A stretch of DNA of 63,297 nt, the filler included, from Octopus bimaculoides (taxonomy: Eukaryota): the NCBI RefSeq assembly GCF_001194135.2. It is 8 parts of 7 records of this genome, joined end to end, with 100 filler letters (N's around TTAATTAATTAA, not from the genome) between each part and the next. Parts side by side here need not be neighbours in the genome. Positions count along the whole stretch, not along the records: positions 49,764 to 60,285 come from NC_068981.1; positions 60,386 to 63,297 come from NC_068990.1; 6 more parts are not named here. One strand, given 5' to 3'. A program made the translations under genes and the position numbers. Positions 52,517 to 63,297 of the stretch are shown here, piece after piece. Below the pieces are notes generated by a model. It saw only the letters and a list, made by a program, of their open reading frames with translations, was not told the origin of the DNA and made no database searches. Numbering within the stretch: the first letter of the stretch is position 1; the number at the start of each line of letters is the position of its first letter.

Positions 52517-53411
52517 GATGAGAAAGAGACAAACAAACGGAATACGGACATAGAAGATGACCAACTCCTCATCAGTTATCGGCCAGCAGTGCATTTATTA
52601 TATGTTTTTTTACCTTATTAATCAATGGAACGCTACGTATCCTTGACGTTAATTACAGTGTCTTTTATATATTCGTACGATGTCTTCTCCAATCCCACTT
52701 CTCTCATCGTCCTCCTCTTTTCTTCTCTCTATCTCTTCCTCTCTTATTTCTTCTCTTTTCTTCTCTCTGTCTCTTCCCCTCTCTCTCTCTCTCTTTTCCT
52801 CCTGCTCTCTGTGTCTCTCCGTCTGCCTTTTACAACTTTTCTCCCAGGTAATACTGACATGTGACCCGTGGTCATCTTCTTTTTCTCTTTCTCCTTCCTT
52901 TTTACACCGACCGCTGAAGCAACCGATTGTATTTTCTGTGATCTACCACTTCAATTTCTTTCACTGTTTGTTGTGCTTCTGTTTCTAAACGTTTGGGATT
53001 TTCCTTTGAGTATTATCCACACTTTCACCTCTGTTTATTTCGTCCTTGTCCTCTCGGCCGTTCACAGATGTTCCCGGCTAGAATCACATTTATTCATGTT
53101 CGTATGTCTACTTCTGTGCTGGAAGTCTATCCATTTATTGCTTGATCGTTCTTGTTGTTATGTTTTGGTCCCATTTCCCAGCAGCTTCTTTTTTTTTTTT
53201 TGTTGCTGGCGCCACCTGAACAGGAACAAAATTATCGTTGAAGGCGCGAAATTGCTTTCGACCCGCTGGCTGATAACTGATGAGGAGATGGTGACCTTCA
53301 GTGTCTGTTTTTCAGTTTGTCTGTGTATTTAGTATATGTTTTATATCTTATTAATTTCTGGAACGCTATGTAACCTAGACTTTATATGTATGTATATATA
53401 TGTGTGTGTCA

Positions 53412-53443
<32 letters not shown>

Positions 53444-53554
53444 GCGTGTGCGTGTATGTATATGTATATATGTGTGTGTGTGTGTGTGTGTGCGTGTGCG
53501 TGTGCGTGTATGTATATGTATATATATATATATACATATGCACACACACACACG

Positions 53555-53612
<58 letters not shown>

Positions 53613-53689
53613 CTAGCGTGTCAGAGCCGTTAATAATAACGAAATATCATGAAAAAATGTTACCCAATGAGACAGTATTAATTTTTTAT

Positions 53690-54210
53690 TGCCACAAGTG
53701 TGGCTGTATGATAAGAAACTTGCTTCCCAACCACATGCTTCCGGGTTCAGTCCCACTGCGTGGCACCTTGTATAGGTGTCTTCTACTATAGACTCAGGCC
53801 GATCAAAACCTTGTGAGTGGAATTAGTAGATGGAAACTGAAAGAAACCCATGGTACATAAGTGTATGCGTGTATGTGTGTGAGTGTGTGTGCGCGCGCGA
53901 TTGTGAGAGAGAGATAGTGTGTGTATGTATGTGTGTGTGCGTGTGTTTGAGTGTGTGTGTGTGCGTGAGTGCATGTGTATGTGTCTATGTGTGAGTGTCT
54001 TTGTGTCCGTGTTTGTCTCCCACCATCTCATGACAACCGTTGTTGTTGTGTTTATGTCCCCGTAATTTAGCATTTCGACAAAAAAAAAGACCCACAGAAT
54101 AAGTACTAGGCTAAAAAATAAATCATTTGTTCAATTTGATTGACTAAATCCTTTCAAGGCGGTGCCCCAGCATGGCCGCATTCAAGTGACTAAAACGAGT
54201 AAAATATTAA
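53690..54210 (+). mobile_element. SINE family B, full length
   Basis: Head, internal (GT)n and tail CCCAGCATGGCCGCA...AAACGAGTAAAA are all present. Confidence 0.8.
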
Positions 54211-55073
54211 AAAATGAAGTTAATAATTAGAAAATAAAGTAATATTTTTAAATGCCAAAATAATAGGAAATAAGAAAATTTTATTTAACACTCTCAAATC
54301 AACATACGAGTATATGATTCAATGCTGATGTTTTTGAAGAACATTTCTTGTGTAGATATGAAGAAGCATTAACACACTTTGGCCTCTGAATTTTCAATTT
54401 AAAAGCGTTCTTAACACTAACCCTAAGCTAGATCAAGTCATTCCACATCGTAAACTACAGATATTGCTGTCGACCGCACACTAGAATAGCAACGAAATTT
54501 CTTATGACTGTTGCTATGCCGGCAAATCATCTGAATTTATGAGACAATGAAGGTAGCAGAATGAACATCTGAATGCAAAACATAAACAGAACTCCAACAA
54601 GTAAGTGGAGACCGCGTTTTAAAATTTAGAGAGAAAGAATTTTATAGGTTTTAGTGGGGAAAAAAATCAGATCAAAATTAAATGTCATGTTTTATCGTAT
54701 GGTTGTAACTTACCTCAAAACAACTGCTCGGGCTACAATAATGATCAAGAAATATTTTATAAATGTAGCGACGCATGGCAAATCGTGAAAATTAAAGAAT
54801 ATTAGAATATTAGTAAAGCATGAAGAAGGTAGAATAAACTTTCAAATATAAAAGGCAAACATAACAGCAAAAAGAGACGCAGTTGCAGTTAGAGATAAAT
54901 AGAAAAAATTAACAGAGCATCTCCAGCTCGTGTCGAATGATCTAGAAATTAGATTCTAGAAATTTAGAAAGAGGAACAAATTCAAGAGCTTCAAACGCTA
55001 AAGTGATACTCCCCAAAAAGTATACATACAAAGACATGTTGCGTATTATATTTATATATATATTGGTACACAT

Positions 55074-55157
<84 letters not shown>

Positions 55158-55624
55158 GGATGCTCCGGAAATAATATGATTTATGATCAATGGAGATTTA
55201 AAGTTTGAAAGGGCGTTTTCTTAAACAAAACTTCCTGCTCGGACAAGAAAAAAAAACTATAATACCATATTCTCAAAGTTACTTGATTTGAAATAGTATT
55301 TAGATTCAAAATTGTATCTTCGAAAAAATGAGACCTTACACATATGACTGGTAATATTGTGCACCACAGAGGAAGTCTATGTACTAATAAAATAGGCAGA
55401 TGTTGAAAATAGAAAAAAGAGATACTATCAAAATGGCGTTACAAAAACAAATTGAGCTTGGCAAAAGGCAATGAGAAAAGAGAAACCGATTGATCTAAGG
55501 GATGTAAGCATTAGGGCCAAACCGGAGTTATACGGTAGAATGAGGTACCGAACGGTAATAGTGGTTTCTTGACGTTTAAAACATTTCTTCGTTTATATAC
55601 TATTTGAGGATTAACTGACCCAGT

Positions 55625-55820
55625 AGATATTTACATGCTGAGCAAAATGTTCAGCGGAATTTCGTCCGTCTTTACGTTCTGAGTTCAAATTCCACCGAGG
55701 TCGACTTTGCCTTTCATCATTTCGGGGTCGATAAATTAATTACCAGTTGCGTACCAGGGTCGATCTAATCGACTGACCCCTTCCCCAAAATTTCGGGCCT
55801 TGTGTCTAGAGTAGAAAAGA
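55625..55820 (+). mobile_element. SINE family A copy
   Basis: Matches 1254-1450. An inverted copy lies at 56190-56406. Confidence 0.75.
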
Positions 55821-56604
55821 ATATATACATACACACACACACATATATATTAGAGAATATAGATGAGGTCACACCAATGTGGCTTATATGAAGAAATATA
55901 GCAAAAGGTTTCAAATTGGAATATGATATACAAAATACTTTATGCTCCCTTCTGAGAAATTAATATAAAGCCTGTTACCTTTTACATGGTTGTGTCATAT
56001 TAGTAATACATATGCCTGGATATTCCATGTAAGCAAATACCTCTAAATATTTTGGCAGATGTTCTACCTATTTTACCATCCATATGTCTTGGTTATAAAT
56101 TGTTGCATATGCGTATGTATGAAAGTGTGTAAGTGTGTATCTGTTTGCGTGGAGGTATGTACCAGAATTTTTCCGCGTGCATTTGTAATGTTGGTTTCAA
56201 ATTTTGACACAAGGCCAGCAATTCCAGGGGTGGTGTGAAGTCGATTACATCGACCTCAGTGCGTTACTGTTATTTATTTTATCGATTCCGAAAGGATGAA
56301 AAGCATAGTCAACCTTGGCGGAATTTGAACTCTGAACGAAAAGACGGACATAATGCTGCTAAGCATTTTTCCCGGCGTGCCAAGGAGTCTGTCAGCTTGC
56401 CACCTTACTGTGTACATGTGTAATATGAAATTATGTGATGCTTTCAAAGTTTTGCACATGGCCAGTGATTTTAATATTAAGGCATTAGTCGATTAGAGCA
56501 ACCTAGCGCTCAACTGATATTTATTTCATTGATCCCGAAAGGATGAAAGGCAAAGTCAACCTCAGTGAAATTTGGGCCCACAACGTAAATTCCGCTAAAC
56601 ATTT

Positions 56605-57001
56605 CGTCTGCCGTGGTAAGAAGTTTGGTTCCGGACCACATGGTTTCGGGTTCATTCACATTGCTTAATACCTTGGGCAAGTGTCTTCTACTGTAATCTC
56701 GAGTCGACCTTGTAAATGGATTTGGTTGACAGAAACTGAAAGAAGCTCTTCAAATTTGTATGTAAGTATGTGTCAATGTGTGTGTGTCTTTGTGTCTGTG
56801 TATGTCTCCTCCACCACCACTTGACAACCGGTGTTGGTGTGTTTATGCCCCTGAAATTTAGGGGTTCAGTAACAAGTGACCGATATAATAAGTAGTAAGC
56901 TTACAGTAAAAATAAGTACTGCGGTCGATTCGTCCGACTAAAAATTCCACAAGGTGGCGCCCCAGCATGGCCGCAGTCTAATTACTGAAACAAGTAAAAG
57001 A
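56605..57001 (+). mobile_element. SINE family B copy
   Basis: Collinear with 53690-54210. Confidence 0.75.
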
Positions 57002-57751
57002 TAATCAAATATAGTTCATCCATACATACAATCACATAAAGTTACTGGCTATATGAAACAACCACAAGGGTGTAATGAATAAATTGAAACATTTAGCAAA
57101 TAAAGTTATAATATAAAACGTCTGAATCATGAGATTAAGCGTTATGGGGTTAACGATAAACTGGTGGCTTAAATCTTCAGGGTTTTGAATAGGAGGGGCG
57201 GGTTCGTATAAGATGAAACTGGAGGAGAAAAACTATCATGTTGGCGGTCGATATCTCAGCAACGAAAACCCAAAGATCATGTCAAATTATCTCACTGTCA
57301 AAGAATTGACATGGTAGAGGCATACGTGTGAAAGGTCACCAGTTGTAGCTACTACTCCTCCATGTCAGTCAAAGATATCTATCTTGGTGTCCATTCGTCA
57401 TAACGAGATTCGGAGTTCACGTGTTTCATGCGCGATCACTGCATCCAGTAAGCAGCCAACTGCTCTAGCACCAGCAACATGTCGAAGTAATAATAATCGC
57501 TGGCAATTATTTTATGTTTGTTATAGCCAATGACATCGGGAAATTCCGAAGTACAATCACAGAGTGAAATATCAGTCAATAATGCTATGACTCTTTTTTT
57601 TCCTTGTTCTTAATCCAGATTGTCCTATTACTTTTTCCTCAGCTTTTATGTCATCCTCTACACACATAGGCTTTCATATCTGTGCGCGTGCGCATGTGTG
57701 TGTCTCTACGTGTGTGTGTATGCATGCTTGTGTGTGTTGTATGTATGTATG

Positions 57752-57798
<47 letters not shown>

Positions 57799-57860
57799 TT
57801 TTTTCAGAATGAGATAAAAAAAACAAGGCTGTGAAGATTTTAGAACATTTATAAATAGAA

Positions 57861-57910
57861 CGTCTTACAGCTGTTTCCAGGATATTTATTATATCCTTTC
57901 ATCGGAGACG
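57861..57910 (-). ncRNA. Type I hammerhead-like motif, CCGAUGA variant, 8-nt palindromic stem III
   Basis: Minus strand CGTCT-CCGATGA-A-AGGATAT-AATAA-ATATCCT-G-GAAA-CAGCTGT-A-AGACG. All three stems pair perfectly. Confidence 0.65.
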
Positions 57911-60071
57911 GTGTGAGAAAATGGTTAAGCAATATTTAATTTAGGTAAGATACGAAATAGAGAGTGAAGTGGAGGAATGAAAATAGATGTGAGATACGCA
58001 TGGATATTGCATTTGTAGATCCATTATTTAAGCAGAATGGTATACATATAAGATTCCAATACCTTGTGAGTAAAATCCAATAGTATTTAAAATTGGTCAT
58101 TCCAAATATAGAATTGTACACAGTGCTATTGAATCAAGGGTTTGATCAGATTCTACAAAATTTTTGTTTTCTAAATTTCACTAAGACATTGGTAAACCCG
58201 AAACCATGGTAAAAAATATAGCGTCTGTCTAGCATACTGCACAGTGGTGGTTACGAAGCAAATACTTCAAGTACACAGCAAAGCTAACCTATACTGTCCG
58301 AAATACTTGCATCCAATCCAGAATGTTTTAAAGAGACCAAGAACGGCAGTGTACTGTCATGATAATTTAATATGACAAAACTGAAAATTAAATGGAGTCA
58401 CTCACATGCAACCGAATAGTCAGTCAGAGGATTCTAGTTAATTACACAAGATAAAAATTCTGTTGGATCTAACAATACACCCTCTTAAAATACAGATAAA
58501 TTAATAAGCCTAGCTGAATATGGTTGGAGTAAATATTTTGTTTTCCTCTTTCCTCTTACCTTGAGTCTTTTTGGGGTTATTTTTTTACGTTGGAGTATTG
58601 GAATCGAATACACCAATATTTTAGGTGGTATTGAAAAGAGGTATAGTTTTACCAGAATATATGAAAACTAGTTCCTTATAGACAAAACAACGGTGACAAA
58701 ATAATCATGAGAAGCTACGATTTCTGTAACATCTGTAATAACATTTGTTCGACGGAGGATCCGGCGCTTTTTATACGGGGCTTCGCCAACTTCTTGGGAG
58801 CTACTTATCTGTACTTGTGCACAACCACTGTTGACATTAAAAACTTCTCCACTTTGAGCTTGGAAAGTCACATTTGAATAGTTGTAACCAAGATAGGAGC
58901 CTCTACTTGGTCACTTGATCTGTTACAGATAGTAACCAAATCTCCCTCAAATTACACCCCACCATCTTAAAAAGAAACGACACACAAGGTAAAACCGTCT
59001 TAGATATACTGCATGAACTAAAGATTAGATTCCCACGGATGGAGTCCCTTCAATCATATGCTTCGCCCCGAGGTCACCTGAGGCTACATAACAACAATTA
59101 CGACTATAAAAACATCAACATTACTGTCTTCTATTTTCCATTTTTCGTTGAATTTGGGCAAAAATATAAAGAGTTGTATATTTTAGGAATATTTATGAAT
59201 TCTTTCATTCGTGTTCCTCCGCATCAACCATCAGCACGGTCGTCCATTGCATTCTCATCACTGCTACTAACAACTATGCCACTGCCATCACCTCTTCCAA
59301 ACTATTGAAACCAACGCCTGCTCATCTTTGCAAGAATCTGTCTACCTCATACAACCTTAATTTCCACCGCTATATTATCACCAAAACACAATTCCACCAC
59401 CGCTATCAACACAACAAATACTGTAATAACCTGCATTCTTATTTGCGCCTCTTCAACACCTTCACCGATATGCTGGTCATCGTACCGACTTCTTTTCTGC
59501 ACCCTCAATATCCAACCTAATTCAACATGCCTTACCGAACCCACTCCCAAATCCACCAGCAACATCCTCTCAACCACAGCTACCACATTTCACAACTAAC
59601 ATTCTTATTATCCACTTCATAACTAACTCTTCAAGCAGAACTTTCCTACAACTCTAAGAAAACAAAACCCGATGCCATTGCAGTCACTCCTACTGTAACC
59701 ACAATCGCCGTCATCATTTGCATTATGCCACCAACAACAACGACAACAGCTGCGACGATTGCGGAACGTCTACCACCATCATCATCTCTTACTATTTATG
59801 TTACAAGTCTTTAGACCGATTCCTTTTCAGCTACCAATATCACAAACAGCCATTAAACCACCGTCTTTATCTTCATTCTCGCCATCACCGCCACCAACAG
59901 GTACAATAACATCAACACCACTGCTGACGCATTCACTAATGTCATCCCATCTCCCCGCTTTCAAGGTTTTCAAACCGTTTCTTTTCTTCCAATACACATT
60001 ACACACCGCCACCATCACCACCATTAACACCACGACAACCGCCCACTACTACTACTACTACTACTACTACT

Positions 60072-60119
<48 letters not shown>

Positions 60120-60120
<1 letters not shown>

Positions 60121-60286
60121 TACAGCTGGAAAACTATTATAAAATAACCACCATAGGACTGCAAAAATACCTACTCCAGAAGCAAGGAAAACTAATACAA
60201 ATAGCCACAAAACACGAGCAAAACAAAACACTGTTTTCAGTATTTAAGGAAGCTGACAAATACAAACAAGAAATCATACAACCTAN
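60120..60286 (+). mobile_element. 5'-truncated non-LTR retrotransposon ORF fragment (Dong/R4-like) starting inside (AAT)n; cut by the join
   Basis: Open frame IQLENYYKITTIGLQKYLLQKQGKLIQIATKHEQNKTLFSVFKEADKYKQEII immediately after (AAT)~16. Resembles the post-RT region of REL-type elements (recalled similarity). Confidence 0.5.
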
Positions 60287-60484
60287 NNNNNNNNNNNNNN
60301 NNNNNNNNNNNNNNNNNNNNNNNNNNNNNTTAATTAATTAANNNNNNNNNNNNNNNNNNNNNNNNNNNNNNNNNNNNNNNNNNNNTGTTTAAGAATTATA
60401 AATTTGCATTGTAGAAAAGTAGAAAGTAACCCATCAAGTTAATGTAAAATTGTTTTCATTAATATCAAAATAGGCATTAACATA

Positions 60485-60543
<59 letters not shown>

Positions 60544-60613
60544 ACATACGTATGCCATCTTATCTCAGATTTTTATTCTCACTAAACCCAGTATGTTTTA
60601 TTTTCTTCTTCAG

Positions 60614-60696
60614 CTTTTCTAGAAAACAGTGTACCAAATTCTGATTATCTGGAGGAGTTTCTGTCAAAGTTAGCAGGGTTCATGCGTCGTGTTAAG
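60614..60696 (+). CDS. CENPI: CENP-I-like gene, internal exon (phase 1-0): FLENSVPNSDYLEEFLSKLAGFMRRVK
   Basis: TTTTCTTCTTCAG acceptor and AAG|GTATTT donor. Joins in frame to 62877 and aligns with human CENP-I ...EFTNFLDTIIRAECFLQ. Confidence 0.7.
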
Positions 60697-61169
60697 GTAT
60701 TTATTTTGCCCTTTTTTATATTCTGTGATTTTGATAATTGTACATTATTTTGTTTTTTTTTAGGTTGTTTCTTTTTTTAGATAAAAATTAAAGTTCCCAA
60801 ATTCTAAGTGTTAGGTGAGATTTATGTAGTCTTAGGGAACATTGCTAGGTTCAGTCAAGGAGTAGCACTGAGTTACGTCCCTTCCAAAATTGTTATTGCT
60901 AACTTGCTTCAATTTCGTCATTGGATCCTTTGGACGATTACTGATGAGGATTTGGTTGCCTTCTGTGTCTGTTTTCCGTTTGCTTATATATTATTATATA
61001 TTTTTCAATTTATATAATCAATGCGAAACATCATTTTGTAATATATGGTTAATGAAAGACAGGTTTCTCATTTTTTTCATGATTGGTTAATCTTTAATAA
61101 AAAGTGCTAAAACAGGTTTATTTAAAGAGTTGGTTGTTTTAGCACTAGGTCAGTCCTGATTGTACAAGC

Positions 61170-61382
61170 CCAAGATTCTTTTATTTTTCTTTTGTTTGTC
61201 ATTTGACTGCGGCCATGCTGGAGCACCGCCTTTAGTCGAGCAAATCGACCCCCAGGACTTATTTTATGTAAGCCTAATACTTATTTTATCAGTAATTTTT
61301 GCTGAACTGCTAAGTTACAGCAACATAAACACATCAACATTGGTTGTCAAGCGACGGTGGGAGAACAAACACAAATGCACAA

Positions 61383-61423
<41 letters not shown>

Positions 61424-61590
61424 CACACAATAGGCTTCTTTCAGTTTCCTTTTACCAAATCCATTCACAAGGCTTTGGTCGGCCCGAGGCTATAGTAGCA
61501 GACACTTGGCCAAGGTGCCACGCAGTGGGACTGAAACCGGACCATGTGATTGGTAAGCAAGGTACTTACCACACAGCCACTCCTGTGCCT
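61170..61590 (-). mobile_element. SINE family B, full length, antisense in the CENP-I-like intron
   Basis: Reverse complement of the 53690-54210 type. Confidence 0.8.
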
Positions 61591-61844
61591 ATCTTTATTA
61601 TCTGTATCTTTATTATAGCCAAAATAATGAAAGGTTAAGCAAGGTGTTAGCAGTCTCTTCTGTTACGAAATCTGTTATGCTACTGAAATTGTCCCAGGAG
61701 AGAGTAGCAATGAATTAATCATCTCTTTCCATGTGTTACTCTACACACAATGTTTAATTAAAGGTATCTGTTATATTTCAGTTACTTTATTATATTTTCA
61801 CATTTCATCTGTATATAGCCAAGCCATCTGTATATAGCCAAGCC

Positions 61845-62207
61845 AAGTGAGATTGTTGCCAGGGCCCCTGGACTGGCTCTTGTACGGGCGGCACATAAGA
61901 TGTACCATCCTGAGCGTGACCGTTGCCAGTACCGCCTGACTGGCCTTGTAGGGTTTTCGAGCGAGATCGTTGCCAGTGCCCCTGGACTGGCTCTTGTGCG
62001 GGTGGCACATAAAAGACACCATTTCGAGCGTGGCCGTTTTCGTGCGGGTGACACGTAAAAGCACCCACTACACTCTCTGAGTGGTTGGTGTTAGGAAGGG
62101 CATCCAGCTGTAGAAACTCTGCCAAATTAGATTGGAGCCTGGTGTTGCCATCCGGTTTCACCAGTCCTCAGTCAAATCGTCCAACCAATGCTAGCATGGA
62201 AAGCGGA
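61845..62207 (+). mobile_element. SINE family C (internal ~60-bp repeats, RTE-like tail ...GCATGGAAAGCGGACGTTAAACGATGATG)
   Basis: Near-identical inverted copies at 62380-62478 and 63060-63297. Related ends at 13030, 18700-18890 and 44203. Confidence 0.8.
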
Positions 62208-62876
62208 NNNNNNNNNNNNNNNNNNNNNNNNNNNNNNNNNNNNNNNNNNNNNNNNNNNNNNNNNNNNNNNNNNNNNTTTGTTCTAATTATTTTTAGACTT
62301 TTATTTCTCTTTTATTGTAATGGACTTTATGGCCACTGTGGCAAAACATATTGGTGATAATTATTGCCATTTTCATCATCATCATCATCATCGTTTAACG
62401 TCCGCTTTCCATGCTAGCATTGGTTGAACGATTTGACTGAGGACTGGTGAAACCGGATGGCAACACCAGGCTCCAATCTTTGTATAAATAATTATTCATA
62501 TCAATCGTTACATTTGATTTCGGACATATAATTTTTTATTAAGGCTGCAAACTGGCAAAATTGTTTGCAAGCTAAACAAAATGCTTAATGGCATTTTTTC
62601 TGGCTCTCTGCATTCTTAGTTCAAATTCAGTTGAGGTCAATTTTGCCTTTATCCTCTCTGGGTTTGATAAAATATAGTAGCATTGAAGTAAGAAATTGAC
62701 TTACCTCCTCCCCTCAAAATTGCTGGCCTTGTACCAAAATTAGAATTATTTTAGAGAGAATGTAGTTTCAGACAAGGCTTTTTTTTTTTTTTTTGTTACC
62801 GCATTCTTCTTACAGAATTATTTTAGCATGATGGTGATGAATTAATCCATTTATATTTTATTTCTACCCTAATCAG

Positions 62877-62994
62877 GAAGGCACCCCAGCTATTGAATAT
62901 TTTCTGTGTCAGTTCCTTGATACCTGGGATGGATTTCATTTTAACCAGTCCATTTTTAAATTGATTCCACACATCCGAATACACAAGTTTTCAG
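62877..62994 (+). CDS. CENPI: CENP-I-like gene, next exon (phase 0-1): EGTPAIEYFLCQFLDTWDGFHFNQSIFKLIPHIRIHKFS
   Basis: TTCTACCCTAATCAG acceptor and CAG|GTAAGT donor. Ungapped match to the EG...E.FL...L..WDG......F.L...I....FS block of the CENP-I/Mis6 family (human EGFYSCEAFLYKSLPLWDGLCCRSQFLQLVSWIPFSSFS, recalled). Confidence 0.8.
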
Positions 62995-63059
62995 GTAAGT
63001 ATAGTTTTTAAAATGTAGTTAATATAATTTATGTTTTATTAATAATATCATCATTATCA

Positions 63060-63297
63060 TCATCATCATCGTTTAACGTCCGCTTTCCATGCTAGCATGG
63101 GTTGGACGATTTGACTGAGGACTGGTGAAACCGGATGGCAACACCAGGCTCCAATCTAAATTTGGCAGAGTTTCTACAGCTGGATGCCCTTCCTAACGCC
63201 AACCACTCAGAGAGTGTAGTAGGTGCTTTTACGTGTCACCTGCACGAAGGCCAGTCAGGCAATACTGGCAACAGCCACGCTCGAAATGGTGTCTTTT
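63060..63297 (-). mobile_element. SINE family C copy, running off the window end
   Basis: Reverse complement of about 62010-62207. Confidence 0.8.

Noticed and set aside
57090-57215. CR1/Jockey-like RT remnant (IKRYGVNDKLVA*IFRVLNRR)
   Set aside because: Too short and degraded to support a feature call.

Overview
Repeat-saturated, AT-rich animal genomic DNA. It is most likely an octopus (inferred from the cephalopod-type protocadherin, the microsatellite landscape and recurrent SINE families). The window is a mosaic of eight segments joined by artificial 100-bp spacers (N44-TTAATTAATTAA-N44), so gene neighbourhoods across joins may not be real. Almost all ORF-track entries are microsatellite or N-gap artefacts. 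Supported genes: an intact tRNA-Arg(UCU); a decayed full-length 5S rRNA copy; one internal exon of an RLBP1/CRALBP-like CRAL-TRIO gene (25494-25715, +); the 5' two-thirds of a protocadherin ectodomain exon (40699 to 39298, -, cut by a join); and two consecutive exons of a CENP-I-like gene (60614-60696, 62877-62994, +). A few unassigned micro-exon candidates are also present. Mobile DNA includes RTE LINE remnants, a Penelope-like GIY-YIG 3' end, Dong/R4-like fragments in (TAA)n, maT(DD37D)/mariner/Tc1 derivatives, fold-back MITEs and three abundant SINE families. The most notable unannotated signal is a set of seven minimal type I hammerhead-ribozyme motifs from several repeat families. All have palindromic stem III (dimer-type), and some carry recurring core variants (CUGUUGA, CCGA[U/C]GA). 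Other highlights are retention of CRALBP retinoid-pocket residues in the octopus exon and an apparently Ca2+-deficient EC3-EC4 hinge in the protocadherin. No prokaryotic features or CRISPR arrays were seen.
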